A stretch of 64,000 bases of DNA, taken from an uncultured Thermoplasmata archaeon (GTDB lineage: Archaea > Thermoplasmatota > DTKX01 > GCA-020343715). The position numbers were made by a program, and so were the translations under genes. The stretch spans positions 4,064-68,063 of the forward strand of contig CBDUQW010000006.1 in NCBI GenBank assembly GCA_965369625.1, written 5' to 3'. The notes under the pieces are model-generated. The model saw only the letters and a list, made by a program, of their open reading frames with translations, ran no database searches and was not told the DNA's origin. Of this stretch, positions 54,901 through 62,637 are shown one piece after another. Within the stretch, counting starts at the first letter, position 1; every line of letters begins with the position of its first letter.

Positions 54901-56553
54901 GAACACGTAGGTGTGCAGTATGGTCATGTCCCCAGCGCACACATCGGAGTAACCGTCGCCGTTGCCGTCGCCGCAGGGACCCACGGAGCTTCCCATGTCA
55001 CCGTTGGTGTACCATCCGCCCAGCTTCTTGTCAGGGGCCGAATTCACGCCGCCGGAGTCGCCGAAGTGGACCTGGATATGGCCGTTGGAGGTCAGCGTTC
55101 CGTTGCTGGTGTTCGGGGCGCTGAGAACGAAGTCGTCAATCCCATCGCCGTTGATGTCCTGGCAGTAGGCCACGTCATAACCCAGCCATCCGGTGCCGGT
55201 GTCCCCCTCGATGGTAACGTCGGGGGAGGAGGAGAGACCGCCGCTCCCGCCATAGAACACCAGGCCAGCACCGGCATCGGTGATCGTGCTGGTGTCATAG
55301 TTGGGCACGCCCAGGAGGATGTCGTCATAACCGTCGTCGTTAACGTCGCCCACGCCCGTGGCCGAGTAGCCCAGGAGGTCGCTCTGCTCGGTGCCGGTGT
55401 AGGTCCAGTCGGCAGTGGTCTTGATACCGCTGGAGCTGCCGTGGTAGACGTACGCCTTGCCCACGTCGAAGTCGGTGCCGGTCCCGTTGTGGCTCGGAGC
55501 GGTCACCAGCACGTCGTCGTATCCATCGCCGTTCACGTCGCCGCAGATCCTGACAAGGTAGCCGAAGGCATCGCCGTTGTCGGTACCGGTGAGGGTGATG
55601 TTCGGGGCGTTCGATATGGTGCGGTTGCCGTCGAGGTGGTAGACGTAGGCGCGACCAGGGTTGTTGGTGTTCTCCACATGCCGCGGTGCACCCACGACGA
55701 GGTCCATGTTGCCATCGCCGTTGATGTCACCATCGGCCCATACGTCGTACCCGAACATATCTCCGCTGGACCCGTAGCTGATGGTCACGTCGGGGTTGGC
55801 GCTTATGGTTCTCCCGCCCCACCAGATGAGCACGTCGCCGACGCCCGTGCCAGTGCTGGTGCCGAAGTCCATCTTGATGCGGCTCGACACCAAGTCGTCG
55901 TAGCCGTCGCCGTCGATGTCACCGCCGGTGCTCAGCGCCCAGCCCAGGAAGTCGTTGTTGGTGGTACCCTGGATGATGATCTCCTGTGGGTTGGTCACGT
56001 AACCGGTGTTCCGACCAGCGAAACCTCCGATGTAGCCCTGGTTGGTGTTCCTCCCGGGGGCCGTGAGAACCAGCTCGGTCAAGCCATCGCCGTTCAGGTC
56101 CCCAGAGGTGTCGATGCCCCTGTTCGCGAGGGTGAAGGTGGGTGCCGCCTGAAGGCTGAATGCGTTGGACAACTCCAGCATCACCGCCGAGGCCTTCATG
56201 GTGGCCTGGGCTACCGTCGCGTCGGCCTTGACCTTCAAGTAGACGGTGGCCACCTCGCCTGGAAGTGGATCGGTCGTGAACTCGATCAGCATGGAGGTCT
56301 CGCCGTCCTTGAAGGTGTTGATGAGGCGTGCGCCCTTGACATCGGGCGCCGACATCGGCAACGATGTCAGCAATGCCATGGCGACGAAGAAGACTATCAG
56401 CGCTCGCGCGCCGTTCACTATGCTTTTTCTACTCGGTCGAGTGTGGTGAGAGTAACTATTCTGGTATTCCATGTTACCACGCCCTGGGTCCCAAAAACGC
56501 ATGGCCATCTCCCTACAAAAACGTTTGCATGTTGTGTATATAAGCTGGCTCAC
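51979..56553 (-). CDS. Giant surface protein with FG-GAP (integrin-alpha-like, Ca-binding) repeats and multiple fibronectin type III domains, C-terminal transmembrane helix and poly-acidic tail
   Basis: Repeated DxNGDGxxD loops (DINGDGNMD, DVNGDGYDD, DVNDDGYDD, DINGDGIDD) flanked by FGY/LGY. At least five FN3-like units are present (YRFRLRAFD, YFYRIRAWDE, YYYRMRARDE, YQFRVKAVDG, YAYVVRSLDE). The transmembrane segment is AIYVAAAIVIILVVVIAIFLV. The tail is EEETEEEVEEEADEEADAA...EDEEKEKED. Confidence 0.7.
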   Translation of the reverse strand: MSQLIYTTCKRFCREMAMRFWDPGRGNMEYQNSYSHHTRPSRKSIVNGARALIVFFVAMALLTSLPMSAPDVKGARLINTFKDGETSMLIEFTTDPLPGEVATVYLKVKADATVAQATMKASAVMLELSNAFSLQAAPTFTLANRGIDTSGDLNGDGLTELVLTAPGRNTNQGYIGGFAGRNTGYVTNPQEIIIQGTTNNDFLGWALSTGGDIDGDGYDDLVSSRIKMDFGTSTGTGVGDVLIWWGGRTISANPDVTISYGSSGDMFGYDVWADGDINGDGNMDLVVGAPRHVENTNNPGRAYVYHLDGNRTISNAPNITLTGTDNGDAFGYLVRICGDVNGDGYDDVLVTAPSHNGTGTDFDVGKAYVYHGSSSGIKTTADWTYTGTEQSDLLGYSATGVGDVNDDGYDDILLGVPNYDTSTITDAGAGLVFYGGSGGLSSSPDVTIEGDTGTGWLGYDVAYCQDINGDGIDDFVLSAPNTSNGTLTSNGHIQVHFGDSGGVNSAPDKKLGGWYTNGDMGSSVGPCGDGNGDGYSDVCAGDMTILHTYVFYGGADAAAPKINLDDVEIWSKSDALRGDAEIPDFSIKLNAYIQAHQGEEDEYGNLIVPINVSLGRAGKIKLHSIIIQIYKLVVPTGFDARPMAEGNAVRLSWDDHTAKTDDISKMAIEFWNGTDWEELEKVSKRNTTHVIRGLEDGTEYRFRLRAFDGDVQAYSIPSVEVAVTPGDTKAPDKVINLLTVEDRDLMGINVSWAASDEDTANYEVWSNKSGEWAVLTNVSAPMTYYIDTDVEDGPRYFYRIRAWDEVPLESPLSTIVWGVLNDLEPPSIPTGLRIEVVSSGRALTISWNLNTDDTVAYSIESNRTGDWREVILMGMNDDTYTDTGLEDDVRYYYRMRARDEADNPSNFTAIVSAITVDSEPPVAPTGLTVEPRPVGNMLRLTWDLNTDDTASYLIYIWDETSSVWELKGQVSQGTSMYEITGLENGVSYQFRVKAVDGADSESEWSNEVTARPADTHPPDIPQGIRTELDPNGRAVNISWDTNNDDTVAYVIMQWSGTRWVEVGMVDHPQDWLYIDGLENNQPYAYVVRSLDEADNESPNSLRVDVIPTDTIRPEPPVFLDLPPSTNEKDQVLRGYCEPNVKITVYLNLYPQDPVYCDDDGYFEVTLRLKSGPNEVTAEAEDDAGKSDMSIRHTIYVDLAGPSVESTVPETATKNVERINFTFEVTFTEEVKLDSIKAYLVKGKFDTSTLVANIGSSNNIIPVLKEYNRVRSVVTFEVTEELDGTSDYSILVYGVEDLAGNSLDYPQGAFSIQVQTESGGTSDNGGTTDDGGFGSLAIYVAAAIVIILVVVIAIFLVSRSGARDEVVTDREIRAAPLAESSPETQRPDIATLYEEAYEERGEAEPEHHDVEAGLGDWLAEQDKASQEAEVEARRLMEEMHSDAPPPEDTGPIEKVPPGVVEERAVPAYHMDTPETEGTDDEAAEEETEEEVEEEADEEADAAALLDELEEDLESSSEDEEKEKED

Positions 56554-56709
56554 ATGCCAGAAGGCCCCGATCCGACCCCATTAGAGTAGTATTGGAAAGG
56601 TCCGCCTGGATAGTCTTCCCCAAAAGCGCCGCGCGACCTGACGAAAGGTTCATTAGGAGGGCCCCCATAATGGGATGGCACACCAACCCCCTAGCCAGGA
56701 GGTCATCGC

Positions 56710-57618
56710 TTGCCCCTCGACCTGGACCTTACCAAACTCAAGCATGGAACCACCCTTCTCAAGCGCGGATTCGCCAAGATGCAGAAGGGCGGCGTGATCA
56801 TGGACGTGACGAACGCAGAGCAGGCCGGCATCGCCGAGGACGCGGGTGCAGTGGCCGTAATGGCGCTGGAGAGGGTCCCCGCCGACATCCGTTCCCAGGG
56901 TGGCGTGGCCCGCATGGCCGACCCGAACAAGATCTCCGAGATCATCGCGGCGGTCACCATCCCCGTGATGGCCAAGTGCCGCATCGGCCACTTCGCCGAG
57001 GCACAGATGCTGGAGTACATGGGGGTCGACATGATCGACGAGAGCGAGGTGCTGACCCCCGCCGACCCCTTCCGACACGTGGACAAGAGCCACTTCAAGG
57101 TGCCCTTCGTCTGTGGCGCCACCAGCCTGGGAGAGGCCGCCCGACGCATCGACGAGGGTGCCGCCATGATCCGCACCAAGGGCGAGGCTGGCACCGGCAA
57201 CGTGGTCGAGGCCGTGCGCCACTTCCGCATGATCTACGACCTCATGGAGTCCCTGAAGGACAAGGACGACCACGCCCTCCTCGAGGTGGCGGAGAGCATC
57301 AGGGCGCCCTACCCCGTCGTCAAGGAGATCGCCGGCCTCCAGCGGCTGCCCGTGGTCAACTTCGCCGCCGGCGGCCTGGCCACTCCCGCCGACGCCGCGA
57401 TGATGATGCAGCTGGGCGTGGACGGCGTCTTCGTGGGCTCCGGCATCTTCAAGTCCTCCGACCCCGAGGTCCGTGCCAAGGCCATCGTAGAGGCGACCAC
57501 CCACTTCGACGACCCCGAGGTCATCACCGAGGTCTCCCGTGGCCTGGGCGAGGCCATGCCGGGCATCGAGATCTCCGACATCCCGGCCAACGAGCGGCTC
57601 CAGGAGCGCGGCTGGTAG
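56710..57618 (+). CDS. pdxS: Pyridoxal 5'-phosphate synthase, synthase subunit PdxS (Pdx1)
   Basis: [17 protein letters not shown]...[28 protein letters not shown] is near-invariant PdxS sequence. TTG start with AGGAGGT 7 nt upstream. No pdxT is adjacent. Confidence 0.9.
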   Translation: MPLDLDLTKLKHGTTLLKRGFAKMQKGGVIMDVTNAEQAGIAEDAGAVAVMALERVPADIRSQGGVARMADPNKISEIIAAVTIPVMAKCRIGHFAEAQMLEYMGVDMIDESEVLTPADPFRHVDKSHFKVPFVCGATSLGEAARRIDEGAAMIRTKGEAGTGNVVEAVRHFRMIYDLMESLKDKDDHALLEVAESIRAPYPVVKEIAGLQRLPVVNFAAGGLATPADAAMMMQLGVDGVFVGSGIFKSSDPEVRAKAIVEATTHFDDPEVITEVSRGLGEAMPGIEISDIPANERLQERGW

Positions 57619-57654
57619 GCCGGTCCTCCGTGCGAGCGAGGGCCGCCGCGACCC

Positions 57655-60600
57655 TCACATCCTACCTACGGTGAAGGGGACCGCCGTCCCCTCCTCCTCT
57701 TCCTCGACCAGGTCCTCCTCCTCGTCGTCCCAGTCGTCCTCGGCCTCCGCTTCCTCGATGGCCTCGTCCTCGTACTCCTCATCGTCGTCGAGGTCTTCGT
57801 CCTCGTACCCCTCGTCCTCATCGACCACCTCGACCACCTCGGTGGCCTCCTCCTCGCCGCCCCCTCCGCCGAGCAGGGCGATGGCGATGATGACCATGAC
57901 CACCAGGATTATGATGACTATCCAGAACAGGCCGCTCTCAAGGAAGCTGTCCCCCTCGGGCGCGGAGACGCGCATCGGCCTGACCCACTCGTTGTTGTCG
58001 TAGTCTATCTCCCAGATGGCACCCTCCTCGCCGGGCGGGTTGACAACGATGCGGACCTGGACCGACCCCTCCTTCAGGGGGAACCACTCCATGGTGATCT
58101 CCTTCTCGCCCGCCGCCGACACGACGCCGGCGGACTTCTTCTCGGTCTCGTCGCCGAAGTAGGCGTAGACGTACACCCCCGCGGCGTCGTCGGGTCCAAG
58201 GTTCTTCACAGTGATGGTGAACACCACCTTCTGGCCGACCTTGGGCGAGTCTGTGCTGGTGCTCACGTCGAGGGTCAGGTCCAGTATGCCCTTGAGCTCC
58301 AGCTGGAGCACGACGTTGTCGAGGGCGGTGGCCTCGTTCACGGAGGTGACCTTGACGGTGATCTCCAGGTTGGGGGAGGGGAGGGTGGTGAACACGTCGG
58401 GGATGTCCACCTCGAAGATGGCGGTCTCCTTGCCCCCCGGGTCGAGGGAGATCCCCGTCACCGTCGAACCGTCCACCGTGAATCGGTAGTCGTAGTCGGT
58501 CCCAAGGCCGAAGACGGAGAACCTGTAGGTGTCCTTCACGTTGCCCAGGTTCTCGACCTCGAGGTGCCACCAGACCGTCTCCCCGGGTTTGCCCGAGATC
58601 GATGTGTCCGTTGCCTCGATGGAGACGCTGTACGCCAGTGCCTCCACCTCCTCGACCACGTGGGTGTTCGCGACCACGGTCTCGTCGTCCTGGCTGATGC
58701 CGGTGACGGCTATGGTGTACTCGCCGGCCTGGGCGTAGTCCGGGACCATGAGGGTCATCCTGATGAGGACCTGGTCGAAGGCGGGCACCGGCACCGGGTT
58801 GACGTCGAAGGTGACGCACCATGCCAGGAAGTTCCTGTCGAAGGAGAGGTCGACCACCTCGTCCACGTTGCCGTCGTTGGTTATAGTGAGGTTGTGGAGC
58901 CGCGTCTCGCCGGGGTGCGCGGGGTCGGACGGCGATGAGACCACATCCATCTCGATGCCCCTCTCCACGTTGACGGTGGCGGTGAGGTTGAGCTGGTCCG
59001 AGACCTCCGGGTCCTCCCTGGGGACGGCCAGCAGGATGAACTCCATCTCGGTGTCCCCCTCGGCGTCGGCGGGCACGTCGAAGGTCAGCACCAGGTCGGC
59101 TTGGGACCCCACCGGCAGGAACACGGTGGTGGCCGTCGTGCCGTTGGGGAACTCCAGCTGGGGACCCCATCCGGACGACTGGACGGAGAGGTCGACCGTG
59201 GTGTCCCTGGTGCCCACGGACAGGAGGGTGACGTTGACCCTGGCGGCCTCGCCCGTGTCCACCATGACCGGGTCGGAGACGATGACCCACATCACGTCGT
59301 AGTGCTCGCCCTCGCTGAGGACCAGGTCCTGGACGATGCTGATGTCCTCGGAGTAGGCGTGCAACGTCTCCTCGGCGAAGTCGCGGCCGTCGGTGGCGTT
59401 GACCACCACCTCGTCCCCGTCCTCGTACCGGTCGTCGGGGATGCTGGCGCTGTAATGGCCCAGCCCGTTGGCCTCCACCGAAAAGGAGTAGCCCGTCCCG
59501 GTGACGGTGATGCGCACCATGGCGTCGGGCACGGGCGTCACGTTGTCGGACATGTAGACGGTCCCGGTCACCTCGAAGGCACCCACGGGACCGCTGGACT
59601 TCACGTCGACGGTACCCGTGGCCACGTTGTTGGACCGGTCGGCGTCCGAGATCACCTCGAAGGGGTCGGCCGTGACCCGGACGGAGTGGGTGCCATGGGT
59701 GGTGAACCTGTGAGTGTAGTTGACCCGCGTCACCCCCTCTGCGGGCAGGTCCTTGACCGTCACGTCGTTGTCGACGCCGTCGATGGTGAACCTGACCCTC
59801 AGGTTGGATATGTCGGTGTTGCTGCGCAGGTTCGTCAACCTGGCCACGATGGTGGAATCCTCGCCCACCACCAACCGTTTCGTCGTGCCGTCCACCCGGG
59901 AGCCATCGCCGCGCAGGTACTCGATGCCCAGCACCGCGATGTCGGGAATGACCACCTTGGTGACCACCCTGGCCTCGTCGTAGCTGGAGGGCTCGCTCAG
60001 TGATTCCACGTACAGGAACACCGTGAAGGACTCTCCCTCGTTCGCCTCGAAGGGGGCCGACACGGACACCGATATCTCCACGGAGCCATCCGGGTCCATG
60101 GCGGTGATCTGGCGGGGGGCGAAGTTCACGCCCCACTCGGGGTCGGGGTTGGGGATGACGACGTCGACAGAGAAGCTGTCCACCGAGTTGCCGATGTTGG
60201 TGGCGTTGAACTTGTAGACCACCGAGCCTCCGGCGGCCACGCTGCCCCGGACCTCGCCCGGTGACAGGTAGATCCCGTACTGACCCCTGATGACGGTGGT
60301 GAGCACCACGGAGTCGTTGTTACGCGTCTCGTTGAGGGAGGTGGTGGTGACGGTGATGGGGTACTCCCCCGCCGCGGCCGCGTGGTCGGTGCTGACCTCC
60401 ACGTCCACGATGGTCGAGTCGGAGGAGGTCCCCGAGGGGCTCAGGAGGAAGTTGATCGGGTCGATGGTGACCGTCCAGTCCTGGGGGGCGGCGGAGCTGG
60501 TCACCCTGATGCGATTTGCGTTCTCGCCCAGGTTGGTCACCTCGCAGAAGAAGTGCCAGGTGGTGCCGGGATTGATGATGGTCTCGTTGTTCGCGCATTC

Positions 60601-62502
60601 GATCTTGAGGCCGTACCGCGAGACGATGGTCACTTCCTTCTCGGCCTCGTTGTTGTCCTTCCGCAGTTCCTCGATCTCGTCCAGGGGGTCGACCACCACC
60701 CGCAGGGTGTGGTGCACCCTGCCGTAGAACTCGTGGTTCACCCGGGCGGAGTAGGAGGAGCCAGCCACGATGTTGTTGATGGTGGCGTTGCCCGCCAGTA
60801 CCCCGTTGTCGAACACCGACAGCAGCACGTCCGAGGCGTCGTCGTTGCCCACGTTGTGCACCAGCACGTCGATGCCCACCTGCTCGCCCTCCTCGGGCTT
60901 GGGGTCCGTCAGGGTGATGTCCTCGGAAGTGATCTCCAGGTCCGGCAGGAGGAAGCTGATGGCCTGCGAATTGATGACGACCTCGGGGAATCCGTCCTTG
61001 TCAAGGTCGCCCACAGCGGGAGATGTGGTGAGCAGGGAGACGGGGTAACCGTTGGTGGTCAGGTCCCAGAGGGCCGTTCCATTCTTGCCGGATATGGCGT
61101 TCAAACGACCGTTGTACTGACCGATGAGCACGTCCAACACGCCGTCCTCGTCGGCGTCCATCAACACAGGAGAGGAGATCGCCCATTCCAGGTCCACGCC
61201 CACCGTCTCGTCGATATCGGCGCCCCACCCACGGACACCACTTGCGCCCTTGAAAACCGATAGGTTGGTGTAGACCCTGGTGCTCAGGGGAGCGATGTAG
61301 GGCTTGTAGGAGGCCACCACCACGTCCAGGGTGCCGTCGTCCTCCAGGTCACCGACCACGGGGGTTGCGAAGGCGATATGGTGGAGGTCGGATGAACCCC
61401 CCAGGCTCTTGTTGTAGGCGAGGGAGTTCCAGGCCAGGTTCCCGTCCTTGAAGACCATGATGCGACCTGTGGAATCCTCGTAAGGCTGTATGATTATCAG
61501 CTCGTCCCCGTCATCCTGGCCGTCCAGGTCGGCGGTCACCGGGGATGGCATGAAGGTGAAGGGGGGCAGTAACGTTCCCATCTGGGTGGTCAGCTCCATT
61601 GAGACCTTTCTGATGAGGGAGCCTGATGTGCCACGCAACGTGTAGACGTGCAGCTCGTCGGGGGAGGCGGTCGTATTGAAGGATGTGGCCAACACGTTCC
61701 GCTGGGCTCCCAGCTGGTAGACCGCAGGGGTGGAGATGGAGTTGCCCGAAACGGTGTGGTTCCAGAGCTCGTTGCCGTACCTGGCGTTCATGCAGAACAC
61801 GCCTTGCGACGTCCCCACCAGCAGCTCGTCGGTGCCGTTGGAGTTCAGGTCGTCGAGGACCAGGCTCGAGGCGGTGACGGCGCCCACCGGGTCGGCCGTG
61901 GTGTTCCACAGCTGCTCCCGCGCGGTGTTGTTGCCCCACCAGGTGAAGCGAGTGCCGTTCCAGCGGATGACGGGTTCGTACGAGTAGAGCACCCCGGTGC
62001 GGGTCGCCAGCAGTATGTCCGTCCGCCCGTCGCCGTCCACATCGCCCAGGGCGGGGGCGGCGGAGAAGGTCCCCGTGATGTTGAGCAGCCATACGTCCTC
62101 ACCGTCCTTGCCCTCCACCACATGGACCTGGTTCGTCGTGGAGATGTAGACAGCGCAGTGCAGCTCGTCGTCCCACGTGAAGCTGGCGTTCTCCTCCATC
62201 ACGTTGCCGGAGAAGTTGCCCATGACCGTCCCGATGCCCTGGGTGGCGACCGCCCGTTCCCACTTGATGCCCGGGTTGGCGATCCCCCGGTCGAAGGCAT
62301 CGGCCTCCCCGCTGTGGGATGCATCCCTGCCGAACATCGGCCACATGTGGCCACCGTCGGAGCCGGACCATCCCGCCGGCTGGGTACCGCCACCGTCCCT
62401 GGCCAACGCCAGTGCGACGGGGAACGCCGCTCCCAGCATGAGGGTGACCATCATTACGGCTAGCAAACGCTCTCGAAAGTCGTGTGAGCCCATCCTTCCC
62501 AC
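57655..62502 (-). CDS. Giant surface protein: beta-propeller (FG-GAP/PQQ-like) repeats, CARDB-type domains, C-terminal transmembrane helix and poly-acidic tail
   Basis: 1615 aa. Signal/anchor LLAVMMVTLMLGAAFPVALALA. Repeats of the VGDLDxDGxxD type are present. CARDB-like modules are present (ITSEDITLTDPKPEEGEQVGIDVLVHNVGNDDAS; TITVKNLGPDDAAGVYVYAYF). The transmembrane segment is LFWIVIIILVVMVIIAIALL. The tail is VVDEDEGYEDEDLDDDEEYEDE...EEEDLVEEEEEG. Confidence 0.7.
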   Translation of the reverse strand: MGRMGSHDFRERLLAVMMVTLMLGAAFPVALALARDGGGTQPAGWSGSDGGHMWPMFGRDASHSGEADAFDRGIANPGIKWERAVATQGIGTVMGNFSGNVMEENASFTWDDELHCAVYISTTNQVHVVEGKDGEDVWLLNITGTFSAAPALGDVDGDGRTDILLATRTGVLYSYEPVIRWNGTRFTWWGNNTAREQLWNTTADPVGAVTASSLVLDDLNSNGTDELLVGTSQGVFCMNARYGNELWNHTVSGNSISTPAVYQLGAQRNVLATSFNTTASPDELHVYTLRGTSGSLIRKVSMELTTQMGTLLPPFTFMPSPVTADLDGQDDGDELIIIQPYEDSTGRIMVFKDGNLAWNSLAYNKSLGGSSDLHHIAFATPVVGDLEDDGTLDVVVASYKPYIAPLSTRVYTNLSVFKGASGVRGWGADIDETVGVDLEWAISSPVLMDADEDGVLDVLIGQYNGRLNAISGKNGTALWDLTTNGYPVSLLTTSPAVGDLDKDGFPEVVINSQAISFLLPDLEITSEDITLTDPKPEEGEQVGIDVLVHNVGNDDASDVLLSVFDNGVLAGNATINNIVAGSSYSARVNHEFYGRVHHTLRVVVDPLDEIEELRKDNNEAEKEVTIVSRYGLKIECANNETIINPGTTWHFFCEVTNLGENANRIRVTSSAAPQDWTVTIDPINFLLSPSGTSSDSTIVDVEVSTDHAAAAGEYPITVTTTSLNETRNNDSVVLTTVIRGQYGIYLSPGEVRGSVAAGGSVVYKFNATNIGNSVDSFSVDVVIPNPDPEWGVNFAPRQITAMDPDGSVEISVSVSAPFEANEGESFTVFLYVESLSEPSSYDEARVVTKVVIPDIAVLGIEYLRGDGSRVDGTTKRLVVGEDSTIVARLTNLRSNTDISNLRVRFTIDGVDNDVTVKDLPAEGVTRVNYTHRFTTHGTHSVRVTADPFEVISDADRSNNVATGTVDVKSSGPVGAFEVTGTVYMSDNVTPVPDAMVRITVTGTGYSFSVEANGLGHYSASIPDDRYEDGDEVVVNATDGRDFAEETLHAYSEDISIVQDLVLSEGEHYDVMWVIVSDPVMVDTGEAARVNVTLLSVGTRDTTVDLSVQSSGWGPQLEFPNGTTATTVFLPVGSQADLVLTFDVPADAEGDTEMEFILLAVPREDPEVSDQLNLTATVNVERGIEMDVVSSPSDPAHPGETRLHNLTITNDGNVDEVVDLSFDRNFLAWCVTFDVNPVPVPAFDQVLIRMTLMVPDYAQAGEYTIAVTGISQDDETVVANTHVVEEVEALAYSVSIEATDTSISGKPGETVWWHLEVENLGNVKDTYRFSVFGLGTDYDYRFTVDGSTVTGISLDPGGKETAIFEVDIPDVFTTLPSPNLEITVKVTSVNEATALDNVVLQLELKGILDLTLDVSTSTDSPKVGQKVVFTITVKNLGPDDAAGVYVYAYFGDETEKKSAGVVSAAGEKEITMEWFPLKEGSVQVRIVVNPPGEEGAIWEIDYDNNEWVRPMRVSAPEGDSFLESGLFWIVIIILVVMVIIAIALLGGGGGEEEATEVVEVVDEDEGYEDEDLDDDEEYEDEAIEEAEAEDDWDDEEEDLVEEEEEGTAVPFTVGRM

Positions 62503-62637
62503 CTCTGACTAAGCTGATATTGAGAGGGTCCTGGACTATATATAAGGGTTGCGCGACTGGCGGGAGGCCTCTGCCTCTACATGTAATCAGAAGAGTTATT
62601 ATCCCCGGAGGCCAAAGGGGCCGGTAGGGGTGAAAGG

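Noticed and set aside
56592-57674. Alternative-frame ORFs overlapping pdxS (56592..57674 +, 56653..57504 -)
   Set aside because: The pdxS frame carries near-invariant PdxS sequence. The others are Arg/Gly-rich overlaps.
30554-62502. PGF-CTERM / archaeosortase sorting signals on the surface proteins
   Set aside because: C-termini are a single transmembrane helix plus an acidic tail. No PGF motif precedes the helix.
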